From positions 1 through 64,000 of the IMG/VR virus record IMGVR_UViG_3300005253_000051: a DNA stretch of 64,000 nucleotides, one strand, 5' to 3'. A program made the position numbers and the translations under genes. The DNA comes from a virus. This document shows, in pieces, positions 1 through 9,424 of the stretch; position 1 is the first letter of the stretch; every line of letters starts with the position of its first letter. The notes under the pieces are model-generated. The model searched no databases. It was given only the letters and a program-made list of their open reading frames with translations, and was not told where the DNA came from.

Positions 1-273
1 TTTCTACCATTTCCATCCATGTATCTCACGTGGTCTAGGCACGTGATAAAGTAGGGCATGGACAAGGGCTGCTGTGGACGATCGCTGCGTCGCGTAGGTA
101 TCGGCGGGGGCTTTCGTCACCGGCCTGCACCTCCGCGATCTACTCCGGCGAAGAAGCTGGATCTGTCTCTAATCCCAAAGAAAGAGAACGATCGCGCTCC
201 GGAAACTGTCTAGGGGCCGCGGCATTCTCGCAAACTTACGTGAGGCGACCGACCAACGGACTCGGAGGAGAAG

Positions 274-540
274 ATGATTCCAACATGGGCCTTGTCGGTT
301 TTCGCATTTGTGTTTCTGACTGTGTTTTCAATCGCGGCATGGGGGATCAAGCAAGCAATCGGTCGTGTCGATGATCGCCTCAACAAGCTCGACGACAAAG
401 TTGGTAAGGTCCAGGATACCGTGAACAAGATCGATCGGCGCGTTGTTCGCGTCGAAACGATCATCGACAGCGGCGACAGCGGAGACGCGCGACGGCGCCC
501 GAGCAATAGTTCGATTACTCCGTTACCACCGGCGGCATGA
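274..540 (+). CDS. Small membrane protein with coiled coil (holin/XhlA-like)
   Basis: N-terminal TM (WALSVFAFVFLTVFSIAAW), heptad coil ending VVRVET, GGAGGAG SD upstream. Confidence 0.55.
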   Translation: MIPTWALSVFAFVFLTVFSIAAWGIKQAIGRVDDRLNKLDDKVGKVQDTVNKIDRRVVRVETIIDSGDSGDARRRPSNSSITPLPPAA

Positions 541-549
541 GGTGAAGAT

Positions 550-783
550 ATGGCCAAAGTGAAAATCAGCGACTACGACCTTTGTCGTGTCGGTACCGTT
601 GCGCACAATCAGGATTTTACAACGCGAGATCTTTCCGAATACTTGGGCAAGGATGCACGGGCCATGGTGCGCCGTATGCTCAAAGAAGGCATGATCGAGC
701 GTGTGGGCCCCCGCGGAAGACGGTACTTTCCAACCACTAAGGGCTGGCGGAACATCGAGAACGCTTGCGAATATCGGCGGTGA
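550..783 (+). CDS. Small winged-helix DNA-binding protein
   Basis: FTTRDLSEYLG...RMLKEGMIERVG..GRRYFPT.KG wHTH pattern, GAGGTG SD. Confidence 0.55.
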   Translation: MAKVKISDYDLCRVGTVAHNQDFTTRDLSEYLGKDARAMVRRMLKEGMIERVGPRGRRYFPTTKGWRNIENACEYRR

Positions 784-1388
784 GAAAGAAGTGGCCACCG
801 TTCGGTTTGCTCGATGCGGCGCCGAGGTTTTGGTGGCGCAAGTCACTTCCTAAAAGAGCGCTGTCGAAGGTCTGTTTCCGCACCAAGACCGACGCGCTCA
901 ACGTCTTCGCCGACTACAACCGAACCACGATCGACAACTACGGCGGCGAAGACGCGCTTCATCGTCCATCCGAGTTCGAGGCGATCAACCACCTCTACGA
1001 TCTCAAGGACAAGCGCAAGGTTCGCACGATCGCACAAGCGCTGTGGGAATCGCTACGCGTCAAACGCGGGCCCTATTGTCTCGATGACATCAACGTTCAA
1101 ATCCTGAACGAAACCGCGCCCGGCGAAAAGGGCGTCGGGTTTCAGGTGCCCGACGTCGCTCAAGAAGCGGCGCTGGTTTCCGAGGAAGAGGGCTATCATG
1201 AAGGGCGAGCGATCGACGAAGGTCGCATCTCCGATTGCTTCAACGTGCGGCGTTTGGTTCGACAGCGTAAGGGCCGCGCCGCTCGGTCTGAACTACGGCG
1301 GCGGCGCACCGAACGCCAGTGCGTGTGTCGGGATGATCGTGGCCGGTTCATCAAGTGCCCGGCGTACGAGCCCGAGGTTCCGTTTTAG
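765..1388 (+). CDS. Hypothetical protein (start may be GTG at 780)
   Basis: Long ORF coupled to upstream gene, ends in phage-typical EVPF tail. Confidence 0.5.
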   Translation: MRISAVRKKWPPFGLLDAAPRFWWRKSLPKRALSKVCFRTKTDALNVFADYNRTTIDNYGGEDALHRPSEFEAINHLYDLKDKRKVRTIAQALWESLRVKRGPYCLDDINVQILNETAPGEKGVGFQVPDVAQEAALVSEEEGYHEGRAIDEGRISDCFNVRRLVRQRKGRAARSELRRRRTERQCVCRDDRGRFIKCPAYEPEVPF

Positions 1389-1390
1389 TG

Positions 1391-1747
1391 CTAGGGCCTG
1401 AGCCAGTTGAAGACGAACGCGGTAGCGCTACCACTAGTGACGCTTAGGACGGCGAGCACAACGACAATTTTCCACGCTCTTTCTTTGGCGATCACGTGCT
1501 TCTCAGCGTTGTCGTCGGCTTTCTTTTCGATCGCAGCAACTCTGCCGTTTTTACCGTCGATACCCGTGAGCGCAATCATGCGTTCGTGATCTATGTCTTG
1601 CTTGCTGCGCATGGCATTCGTCACAGCGTTCGAGCGCTCGTGACGGCTCACACAATCGCGTTCTTCGGTTTTTGTCTTTTGGAGCGCTTCTATCTTTTTT
1701 TCGGCTCGCGTTAGACGATCGAGAATAGCTTCTGTGTTTATCGGCAC
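1391..1747 (-). CDS. Coiled-coil protein with C-terminal TM helix
   Basis: Part of ORF 1391..1870, likely GTG start just after the stop of the next gene, hydrophobic C-terminus. Confidence 0.45.
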   Translation of the reverse strand: MPINTEAILDRLTRAEKKIEALQKTKTEERDCVSRHERSNAVTNAMRSKQDIDHERMIALTGIDGKNGRVAAIEKKADDNAEKHVIAKERAWKIVVVLAVLSVTSGSATAFVFNWLRP

Positions 1748-1751
1748 GGCA

Positions 1752-1988
1752 TCACTTCCTAATGCGCTTCTCTCCACGCGGGCATCGTACTCTGCGGCCG
1801 ACGGGCTCCAGCATAGAATAAGCGCGAGTGCCCACCTTGCAGCGCTGTTTACGAGGATTCCAGTGACCACGTGGGCAACCGATCAGAAGCCAAACCTTCC
1901 CTCGGTGAATCCAGCGGAAACTACGCCGATCAAACGAGCGCTCCGGTGCTTCTAGGCGCTCACAGAACGTCCCCGAGATCTTAGCCAT
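1752..1988 (-). CDS. Small basic Cys-containing protein
   Basis: MAKISGTFCE...FDRRSFRWIHRGKVWLLIGCPRGHW...RCKVGTRA, ATG overlaps end of upstream gene. Confidence 0.55.
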   Translation of the reverse strand: MAKISGTFCERLEAPERSFDRRSFRWIHRGKVWLLIGCPRGHWNPRKQRCKVGTRAYSMLEPVGRRVRCPRGEKRIRK

Positions 1989-2388
1989 TGCGTTTCCTGG
2001 TCCAGTAGTAGATCGCGCCTCCGACTGCGGCAGCGAGCCCAGTACCTCCGACCCACCAGATCGCTCGACCGCCCGCAAAACCCCCGAAGGCGCCGGCTCG
2101 ATGCTCGGACTCAAAGTCCTTGGTCAACTCGCGTGCGACGAGCTTGCGGGTCGCTACCGAGAAAATCTGGTTCCACGCCGATGGTCGATCAAACTCTTTG
2201 GCATAGCGCTTGGCGCAGGCGTCGGCGACGTATTTGAAGGCTTTGTTGGCCTTTTTCGAGTCATAGATGCCGCGCTTTTTCTTCTTCAGGAGGTTGCTCT
2301 GGATGGCAATTTTCTGCTTGTAACAGTCGTACGTGTTGGTGTTGTCGATGTACAACTCAAGTTCTTGGGCAGCCTGGGTGTCGGGCAT
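1981..2388 (-). CDS. Phage-type helical domain with C-terminal membrane anchor
   Basis: ELELYIDN..KKKKRGIYD..AKRYAKEF, then Gly-rich linker and TM plus basic tail. Confidence 0.7.
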   Translation of the reverse strand: MPDTQAAQELELYIDNTNTYDCYKQKIAIQSNLLKKKKRGIYDSKKANKAFKYVADACAKRYAKEFDRPSAWNQIFSVATRKLVARELTKDFESEHRAGAFGGFAGGRAIWWVGGTGLAAAVGGAIYYWTRKRNG

Positions 2389-2459
2389 GGTTTTATTGTC
2401 CTATTTCCGGTAACTTCCCGCAATGGTAAGCTGTATCCTGATCTAACGCGAGGAAGCTA

Positions 2460-3323
2460 ATGCTTGGAAATTTCGGAGCTTTGCCGTTTGGACATTTCGG
2501 AGCTGAGGAGCCTCAGTTCCCAAAATTTGTGAGCACCCTCCAAAGATTCGTGAACTCCGAGAATGCTCTCCATGCGGCCTATACGAATATCAGTACGCTT
2601 GCTCAGATTGCGGGGCCAGATGCCGAACTGCCGGTGAGGCTTTTGGTCCAATACAATCTCGCGCGCGAGGTGTTTCTGGATGGCATCGTTGATTGGCTGG
2701 AGGCTCGGAAAAGGACTCCTGATTTGCCTGATGCAGACAAGGAACCTACGCCGCCCCCCGCATTGGAGATTCCAACACCGCCAATTAGCGGTTTTGGTCA
2801 AGCGACTGTGCCGGCTAGCAGCGTTCGGGTGATATTTGGTCCCGTCGGGGCTCAAAAAGTAGTTTCCCTCGGTGACGCCCAAGCGCCCTTTGTTTGGTCT
2901 CAGCATCCGGGGATGAGCGGTGCTGGTTTAGGAGTTCCATGGGTGCCGATTATTTGGCTAGCAGGGCTTGCTATTTTCGGCGTCACGATCGTGCTCTATA
3001 TGAGGGAACGAGAGCGAGCTGAAGTTATAGCGAATGCTTCTCTTGCTAGACAATCAGAAAGTCATTCTATTGCGGTGGAGTTTGCATCAAGGACTCTCTT
3101 CAACCTATACGAAAAATGCGTTGGAGATTCTCTTGATGAGGCCCATCGCCAGGTGTGTCTGGACAAATCTCACAAAGCAGTAGAAACCATCATCGCGGCA
3201 CTTCCAAAACCGATTCCGCCAAAAATCGGGCTAAGTTTTCTTGGTAAGGTTGGGGCTGTCTTGCTCGCAGCTGCTGCCGGTGTCGGTGTGTATTTGTACT
3301 ACCAGAAGCGCAAAGAGCGCTAG
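2460..3323 (+). CDS. Putative virion membrane protein (two TM segments)
   Basis: 287 aa, internal and C-terminal hydrophobic helices, basic tail YYQKRKER. Confidence 0.7.
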   Translation: MLGNFGALPFGHFGAEEPQFPKFVSTLQRFVNSENALHAAYTNISTLAQIAGPDAELPVRLLVQYNLAREVFLDGIVDWLEARKRTPDLPDADKEPTPPPALEIPTPPISGFGQATVPASSVRVIFGPVGAQKVVSLGDAQAPFVWSQHPGMSGAGLGVPWVPIIWLAGLAIFGVTIVLYMRERERAEVIANASLARQSESHSIAVEFASRTLFNLYEKCVGDSLDEAHRQVCLDKSHKAVETIIAALPKPIPPKIGLSFLGKVGAVLLAAAAGVGVYLYYQKRKER

Positions 3324-3325
3324 CT

Positions 3326-4000
3326 ATGTTTGGAGCTGCGGGGGAAATAACTGAGAAGCTTCGTGAGCATTGTACGGCGAGGGCTGATATCCCGTGGGGG
3401 CCGATCCAATGTCAACGTTTGATCCGCCAGCTTACCGGCCGGGGTGAAGATCCAAAGCAGGTCGTTCGAGCCCTTGCGAATACGTTGCTATATATTCCTT
3501 TTAGCTCGATGCTGTCGCCGCTTTGGTATTGTATTCCAGAGCGGGGAGAGTGCGCTCCTGAAGTTGCGAAGATGCACGCGATGGCCGCGCTACTTCTTTC
3601 GACCATGGGTCAACACCACATCGTGAAATCAGTAACTGCTTTTACGATTGCACTCGAACGGTATGGGTTAGATGCACGTGAAGAGGAGACGTTGATCAAT
3701 TCGCTGCGAGGCATTTTGATCAGCATTCCTGAACTGTCAAAAAGAGGCATCGATGGAAAACTCATCCATCCTGAGGTTGCTGCCCGCGCTATTCTTGCAG
3801 TTCAGATCGCAGCAGATCCAAGATCACCTTTGGCTGTGCAGCAGTTTGCGCAAGAGATTCTACCAAAGTTGCCCGACGTGACTATTTCTGTACCGCCGCT
3901 GGAGAAACCGAAATTCCCCACAGGCCCTGTCGTGTTCGCGTTCGGCTTGATCGCGGCGATCGGGGCGCTGATTTTCTACGCCGACTCGATTCGCGACTAG
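3326..4000 (+). CDS. Hypothetical protein with C-terminal TM
   Basis: 224-aa ORF 2 nt after previous stop, terminal hydrophobic helix. Confidence 0.65.
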   Translation: MFGAAGEITEKLREHCTARADIPWGPIQCQRLIRQLTGRGEDPKQVVRALANTLLYIPFSSMLSPLWYCIPERGECAPEVAKMHAMAALLLSTMGQHHIVKSVTAFTIALERYGLDAREEETLINSLRGILISIPELSKRGIDGKLIHPEVAARAILAVQIAADPRSPLAVQQFAQEILPKLPDVTISVPPLEKPKFPTGPVVFAFGLIAAIGALIFYADSIRD

Positions 4001-4188
4001 CGGTCTATGCGTGCTACAGCGTTCAGGATGTTGGTGGCCGAGTCCACCTTGTGTTCGACCGTGGAAAGCCTGGACTCGACGGCCCCAAGTTTGGACTCCA
4101 CACATTCCAGCCGCGACTCCATGCTGCTGATGCAGTCTGCCAAACCACCGATCGCAGCTAGGATCTCTTGTGTCCCCGAGTCCGTCAT
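3997..4188 (-). CDS. Short coiled-coil repeat protein
   Basis: MTDSG...ESRLECVESKLGAVESRLSTVEHKV heptad repeats. Confidence 0.55.
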   Translation of the reverse strand: MTDSGTQEILAAIGGLADCISSMESRLECVESKLGAVESRLSTVEHKVDSATNILNAVARIDR

Positions 4189-4193
4189 TGATT

Positions 4194-5207
4194 CTATTCC
4201 CACTCCACAACGCGCCACTGTCGGTACACCTCTTGAAGTTCTGTCGCGGCCTCCGAACACGTGTCTCGAATTCGATCTCCCCACGGGCCGTCCTTGTCGA
4301 ACAAGCTGAGCTGCCACTTCCCTTTCGCTTTTGTGGACGGGTGTAGGATGGCGAAGTTTCCGGGGTTTTTTGTGGCTTCAAATTGAGCGACCTTGAACGG
4401 CCGCACGCACTTCCATTTGCACGTTTCTCCTTGAAATTCTGGGTGCCAAGTGCCAGCAACCTCCATCTTTCGAACTTCTTTGGGGGAAAAAGCCGGCACA
4501 CACTGTCGCTCGATGGGCGGGCCGCCTGTTCCTGAAAAACCGCGGCCTCGTTTGCGGCCTTCGATGAAGACGAAGGCTCCCACGCCGATCGCGACGAGTG
4601 CCGAACCAAGTGCGAACCACTTGCCTGCATTGAGTGACCTTTGGTACGGAAGTACGTTACGGCTGCGCATGCGTTCGAGTGCATCGGGCGTGTATTGATC
4701 CAGCGGCACGACGGGCTCACCAGGAACCGCGGTTCCACGATTCCAGGTGTTGCCCCACCCCGTTGTGGGTTGACCATAAGCACGCGCGAATTCGCCTAGC
4801 TTCGATTTATCTAGCAGCATCGACAGGTGAAGGTGCGGCCCACTCACGCCGCCGGTGGCGCCAGCGTAGCCGATGACTTGACCGCGTTTAACGGTCTCGC
4901 CTTTTTGCACGGCGACGCTATCGAGATGCATGTAGCGGCTCGACCAGCCGTTGGCATGTTGGATCCCAACAAAGATCCCTGTCGGGTCCGGGTACATGCG
5001 CGCGGTGTAGACCTTGCCCGGCGCCATCGCGAGCACCGGGGTGCCTTTCGGCATTGCGATGTCGATGCCCTGATGAAAACGAGTCCCTTCGCTTCGTAGG
5101 TCGCCCCACACACCGCTGGCAACGAGCGGGGCGTAGGCAGCCGGCCGACTAAATTGGATGCCAGGAAACGGTGTTGGAAGGGCTCCGAGGGGAACACCGC
5201 TAAACAT
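4194..5207 (-). CDS. M23 family metalloendopeptidase with TM and C-terminal domain
   Basis: HQGID and PHLH zinc motifs, YMHL, V.RGQVIGY.G.TG. Confidence 0.92.
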   Translation of the reverse strand: MFSGVPLGALPTPFPGIQFSRPAAYAPLVASGVWGDLRSEGTRFHQGIDIAMPKGTPVLAMAPGKVYTARMYPDPTGIFVGIQHANGWSSRYMHLDSVAVQKGETVKRGQVIGYAGATGGVSGPHLHLSMLLDKSKLGEFARAYGQPTTGWGNTWNRGTAVPGEPVVPLDQYTPDALERMRSRNVLPYQRSLNAGKWFALGSALVAIGVGAFVFIEGRKRGRGFSGTGGPPIERQCVPAFSPKEVRKMEVAGTWHPEFQGETCKWKCVRPFKVAQFEATKNPGNFAILHPSTKAKGKWQLSLFDKDGPWGDRIRDTCSEAATELQEVYRQWRVVEWE

Positions 5208-5985
5208 CCTGCCCCCGCCAGATCGCATACCCGATCATGCCGGCGCCCGCGAGGGCGCCGATGACGATGGCCCACTTCCAGGTCTGAGGGGCGCCGCTCA
5301 GACTTAGGCCAGCGGGTGTGACATGGGGGAACAGGAACAAAAACGGGCTGAGCGTTCCGTCGAGGCTTGTAAGGCGCCCCGCTGCCATTGTGTAGAACAG
5401 ATCAACCACGGAGCGCTGCCAGCGTTGTCTTCCCGGGTTGGACAGGTGTTGTGTGGCGCCGGCTTGAGCCGCGTACTCGAACACGTTGTCGTGGGTGACC
5501 GGAATCCCTTTACGTTCGAGGTAGTCGGCGACGCGGCCGACGCCGCCGGCTTCGCTGTAACCGCTGTTCCAACCGGCGGTCAAGAGCTTGATAAATTCGG
5601 GATTGCTCCAATTCTCCTGCATATTTAGAACGCCAGGATGGTTGCGTTCGTACGAGCGAATGATCCTACTAATCGTGTCGGTAGCAATCCTGGTATTGAT
5701 CACGGGGTCGAGCAAATCAGTACGCTGGTAGCTGGTGCCGTGGCGCTTGTTGTAGTCGTTCAAGACGACTCGAATGACTTGGAGCAATCCCCACGCCGGG
5801 CCATTTGCCTCGCGGGGATTCAGGTTTGATTCGCGTTTGGCCAGCGCGCGCAAAAACGGCACTGGAAGCCCTCGTCCGTGTTTGCGGAAGATCACGTCAT
5901 ATTTTTGCGAAGTAGGCATCGGTGCCTCCTGTAAATCCGCAGGCATCGGAGCGACGATCGCCGCAACGGTGGCGGTTACAAGCAT
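5200..5985 (-). CDS. Lytic transglycosylase (SLT domain) with C-terminal TM
   Basis: ALAKRESN catalytic Glu, GLLQV, LLDPVIN, GWNSG motifs. Confidence 0.88.
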   Translation of the reverse strand: MLVTATVAAIVAPMPADLQEAPMPTSQKYDVIFRKHGRGLPVPFLRALAKRESNLNPREANGPAWGLLQVIRVVLNDYNKRHGTSYQRTDLLDPVINTRIATDTISRIIRSYERNHPGVLNMQENWSNPEFIKLLTAGWNSGYSEAGGVGRVADYLERKGIPVTHDNVFEYAAQAGATQHLSNPGRQRWQRSVVDLFYTMAAGRLTSLDGTLSPFLFLFPHVTPAGLSLSGAPQTWKWAIVIGALAGAGMIGYAIWRGQDV

Positions 5986-6029
5986 GCTTAACGCTATCGG
6001 ATTACAGAGGTTTTTGGTAGCGTAGAACC

Positions 6030-6719
6030 ATGGCCTACGAGCAAACGAATGCTTGCGCCGACGGCGGCGATTTTCAGTGTTCAGTCAAGGGAGGCATCTT
6101 TTCGTGCCGCCCGTGCGATTTCCCGCAACTTGAAGTGTTCAAAGGGCTCCAAACACAGACGAATCGGCTTCTTTCTGGCTTTGGAATTCAGCTCCCTGCT
6201 GATCGCCGAGACGGCGCTGCTCAAAGTGTTCTGTGGGTAGACGGGCGCCTCGGTCCCAAGACGGCTACGGCAGTTTCACTCGTAGCGATCAAGGCCGAAG
6301 AAAAAGGCTATCGACCAATCCCGCCGGCTGTTCCTCTGATGCGACTACCGGGCTTTATTGAGGCGCTGAAAAATGCGGCCACCGCGCCATCTGGTGTTGC
6401 GAAGTACGCGCCTGAACTGTTGGTCTACTTCAAAAGCGTGGCCGACAAAATCCAAGCTACTACTCCTCCTAGTGGGATTCCTACCCCCGAAGAGCGTGGC
6501 CAGAAGCCCGAAGAGGATGAAATTCGAGCCCGTCCGCCGCGCAAGAAGAAATCCACCTGGATGTGGTGGGCTCTCGGAGGCGCTGTACTCGTCGGAGCGG
6601 GCGTCTTCGGTTACTACTACTGGTACAAGCCAAACAGAGCACGTGCTCTGTCTGGGCACGGTGATGGCGACCAAGATGACGATCCGTCATCCTACTTACC
6701 TGGGGTGCGAGATTACTAG
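6030..6719 (+). CDS. Membrane-anchored protein with peptidoglycan-binding-like motif
   Basis: VDGRLGPKTATAV motif, Pro-rich linker, TM WWALGGAVLVGAGVFGYYYW. Confidence 0.6.
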   Translation: MAYEQTNACADGGDFQCSVKGGIFSCRPCDFPQLEVFKGLQTQTNRLLSGFGIQLPADRRDGAAQSVLWVDGRLGPKTATAVSLVAIKAEEKGYRPIPPAVPLMRLPGFIEALKNAATAPSGVAKYAPELLVYFKSVADKIQATTPPSGIPTPEERGQKPEEDEIRARPPRKKKSTWMWWALGGAVLVGAGVFGYYYWYKPNRARALSGHGDGDQDDDPSSYLPGVRDY

Positions 6720-6727
6720 GAGCCATC

Positions 6728-7081
6728 ATGAGCAAACGAGATCCACGACTACCAGCGCATATCGTACCGATTCTCAAGCCGCAGTTGTCGGTGGTGAAAA
6801 AGCCCCGAGATCCAAACGCTTACAGCGCTACCGCGGTGAACATGGCGCGCGAACCATCTTTGCCAAACACATCTGAACCCACCATCGACGGGCTCACCGG
6901 GGTTCGGTGGTGTCAAAAGCACGGGTTCACGTTCCAGTTCGATCTTCCAGCTGTACGAGTCTTCGACGAGACTGGAGAACTTCTCGGTATGGCATACAAT
7001 GCCAACGGCCCCCAGGGGTTGATCGAAGCTATTCAAGCCGTCAAGAAAAACCCTCGAAAATCTGATATAGTATCGGGATAA
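6728..7081 (+). CDS. Hypothetical protein
   Basis: AGGAG SD, fits between flanking genes. Confidence 0.55.
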   Translation: MSKRDPRLPAHIVPILKPQLSVVKKPRDPNAYSATAVNMAREPSLPNTSEPTIDGLTGVRWCQKHGFTFQFDLPAVRVFDETGELLGMAYNANGPQGLIEAIQAVKKNPRKSDIVSG

Positions 7082-7095
7082 GGAGAAAGACAGCC

Positions 7096-7299
7096 ATGGC
7101 ACTTGGAACTACCAAAGGAATGCACTGTATTCGCTTCAAGCGTACTCGCGCCGGCAAACGCTGTGCAAAATATGCAGGGGGTCGAAGAGGCCGAGGCCGA
7201 GGCCGAGGGCGTCGGCATCTTGGAACCACCGAGGGGATGCACTGCGTTCGCTACAAGAAAACCCGTTCTGGCCGTCGCTGTGCGAAATACGCGGACTGA
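7096..7299 (+). CDS. Small basic Cys/Arg repeat peptide (2 x CxRxKxTRxGxRCAKY)
   Basis: AAGGAG SD, internal duplication, paralogs at 39195 and 41472. Confidence 0.8.
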   Translation: MALGTTKGMHCIRFKRTRAGKRCAKYAGGRRGRGRGRGRRHLGTTEGMHCVRYKKTRSGRRCAKYAD

Positions 7300-7430
7300 G
7301 CGCTAGTACATCAAGACCGCGATCGCATAACCGATCACGGACAACCCGATGAGGAGGCGACGAGTGCGCGCTCGTCGTCTTTCTCTTCGTTGGGCTTCCC
7401 AGACCACTGGGAATGGATGATGAAGGTGTA

Positions 7431-7766
7431 TCAGTGGATCGCGATGGCGGTGTAGTAAGCCGGGGGCGCTTCGAGAAGCGCTTCGATGAACAGGATCTCC
7501 TGCGAGAATAGCGGATCGGTTTGGATCAGTTTCTGAGCCCGGTGGTGCGCTGCCATGCACGTCGTGTGGTGCTTGTTGAGTACTCGGCCGATGGATGGCC
7601 AGCTCATCGATTTGCGTTCGCGGGCGAGCCAGACGAAGGCGTCGCGGGCGCGTACGATCTCTTTGTATTTCACCCTGCTGCATAAAACAGCCATCGTGAA
7701 CCCGTAGTACTCGGCTACGTTTTTGAGAACGAGTTGCGGTCGAATCGCGATCCAGCTCGTGGTCAT
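7431..7766 (-). CDS. Stand-alone DnaA C-terminal (domain IV) HTH protein
   Basis: VAEYYG...IVRAR...WLARE..MSWPSIGRVLNKHHTT matches the DnaA domain IV signature (SLPEIG..F.RDHTTV). Confidence 0.85.
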   Translation of the reverse strand: MTTSWIAIRPQLVLKNVAEYYGFTMAVLCSRVKYKEIVRARDAFVWLARERKSMSWPSIGRVLNKHHTTCMAAHHRAQKLIQTDPLFSQEILFIEALLEAPPAYYTAIAIH

Positions 7767-7915
7767 GAAAGCACCTTCCCTGCTCCGTAACACCACCGGC
7801 ACTTACGACGAGGAAAACTCAAAGAACCTGTTCCTTGACATTCTGCACAGTTCTTTTTTGTCTTACAAAAGATCTTTTCCCGAATTAGCATCGGGAAGTC
7901 GAGCAACACGAGGCA

Positions 7916-8302
7916 TCACCGAGGCTCCAGTCCGAGGCGCAAATACTCATCGCCCCCACCACAGTGGACGAATCCCGCTCGTAGATGTTCAATGGTCACG
8001 GGCATGACGCACACGAAATCCCCGCGGGTATCAATCACGCTGTGGGACGTTAGGACCCTGTAGATGGGAAGATTTCGGAAGTAGCCGGCGCAGTCGTCGT
8101 CTACGCAGATGGCAATGAGCCAGGGGGCTTCGCCTGGAGAAAGTTCAGGCAGTCGTAGTTCGTCGAGCGTGATTTTGTACGTGCGATCGAATGCCGGAAA
8201 ACATCCGTTTTCGATGCAGACGTGCTGGTCACTGCAAGCGGGATCGCAGAACTTGTCCAGGTTGCACGCGCTGAGCAAGACGATCAAGAGTAAGTATTTC
8301 AT
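7916..8302 (-). CDS. Cys-rich lipoprotein, paralog of neighbour
   Basis: Lipobox LLSAC, shares PACS...CIEN.C.PA..R.Y.I with 8302..8913. Confidence 0.7.
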   Translation of the reverse strand: MKYLLLIVLLSACNLDKFCDPACSDQHVCIENGCFPAFDRTYKITLDELRLPELSPGEAPWLIAICVDDDCAGYFRNLPIYRVLTSHSVIDTRGDFVCVMPVTIEHLRAGFVHCGGGDEYLRLGLEPR

Positions 8303-8913
8303 CACAGTGGCTCTATTTTCGCACGAAGGGTACCAAGCGCGCCTGAGCAAATGAGATCGCCGTCGTCAACGACATCAGCGCTCAAGTTCCAGTCACACGA
8401 AAACGCATGTTCGTAACCGCCAGAGTCGCCGGGGATCCCGTCGTTGTCGGCAACATAGAACAAAACCAAGGCATCGGGCGCTGTAATGATCGAGACGTAC
8501 GAGACATCAAAATCGGCGGAAAACTGGTTCATCACGGTGTCGGTTTGCCCGATCCAAGTATCATTGATTTTTACCGAGACATATAGATCGGGGGCGCCTC
8601 CGGTGGCATCCCAGTCGAAGCCATCTGGATTATGTGTTGGCACCTCGGCGCGGTAGACCCAGATCCGGTAGTCCCGGTTCCAAGCGGGCACGCACTCGTT
8701 TTCGATGCAGATGTTCTCGCCGCTGCACGCGGGCTCGGTGAAGACGCAGCCGCGTAGCGTCGCTGGTGTCGCGTCGGGGCTGCTGGCGCCTGCGTCGGCG
8801 CTGCCTGCATCGGCGCTTGCATCGGTGCCTACGTCTGGCGCGCCTGGATCCATCGTGTATTCGCTTGTGCATGCAGTAGCTAGGAATAATGCTGTGAAAA
8901 ATAAGTTCTTCAT
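8302..8913 (-). CDS. Lipoprotein with DAG linker, Cys-rich motif and C2-like domain
   Basis: Lipobox LATAC, ADAGSADAG linker, WDATGGAPDLYVSV motif. Confidence 0.75.
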   Translation of the reverse strand: MKNLFFTALFLATACTSEYTMDPGAPDVGTDASADAGSADAGASSPDATPATLRGCVFTEPACSGENICIENECVPAWNRDYRIWVYRAEVPTHNPDGFDWDATGGAPDLYVSVKINDTWIGQTDTVMNQFSADFDVSYVSIITAPDALVLFYVADNDGIPGDSGGYEHAFSCDWNLSADVVDDGDLICSGALGTLRAKIEPL

Positions 8914-8923
8914 AGTGTGATCG

Positions 8924-9424
8924 TCATTGTAGCAGCTCCTGTGCGAGCGCTTCGTCCCCGGCCACGACCGCGGCGCCTGCGGCTTGCCGCAGTTCTTCGT
9001 CAAGATTTCGCCCACAGCTGAGATCTCGGATGACCCAGCGCGCAAAGGCGATCTGAATCTCACCGGAATCGACACCGGCGTGACCAGCGTCACAGGCGGC
9101 ATAGGAGGCATGGGTGCCGTCGGAGGTGATGTCGGCGATGGCATCGTAGGCGGCTAAAGCGGTATAGGTGGCGGCAGAAGCGGCGGCGCGGTCGTCGCCA
9201 GAAGTAGCGGCGGCGCGGGCGATGGCGGCGCGGGCAGCGCAAGCGGCGGCGCGGGCGCCGCGATGGGCGTTGGGTTCATCATTCACACAGCCTTCTGCAA
9301 TCTCGATCGCAGCTACAACATCAGATCGTCGATCCCCACCGTAAAACGGCAGCGCTAAACGAGCACATTCCACAGCGAATCCGACCGCGTTGCGGTTATC
9401 ATTCCAGTCTCGTTCGTAGTTCAT
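8924..9424 (-). CDS. Imm5-like Ala-rich paralog 1
   Basis: Conserved MNYERDW..RNAVGFA.ECARLALPFY and GVD..EIQIAFARW..RDLS...LDEELRQAAGAAVVAGDE flanks. Confidence 0.85.
   Translation of the reverse strand: MNYERDWNDNRNAVGFAVECARLALPFYGGDRRSDVVAAIEIAEGCVNDEPNAHRGARAAACAARAAIARAAATSGDDRAAASAATYTALAAYDAIADITSDGTHASYAACDAGHAGVDSGEIQIAFARWVIRDLSCGRNLDEELRQAAGAAVVAGDEALAQELLQ

Noticed and set aside
3860-4783. 307-aa minus-strand ORF and similar long overlapping ORFs
   Set aside because: Out-of-frame overlaps with well-supported genes in high-GC DNA, no motifs
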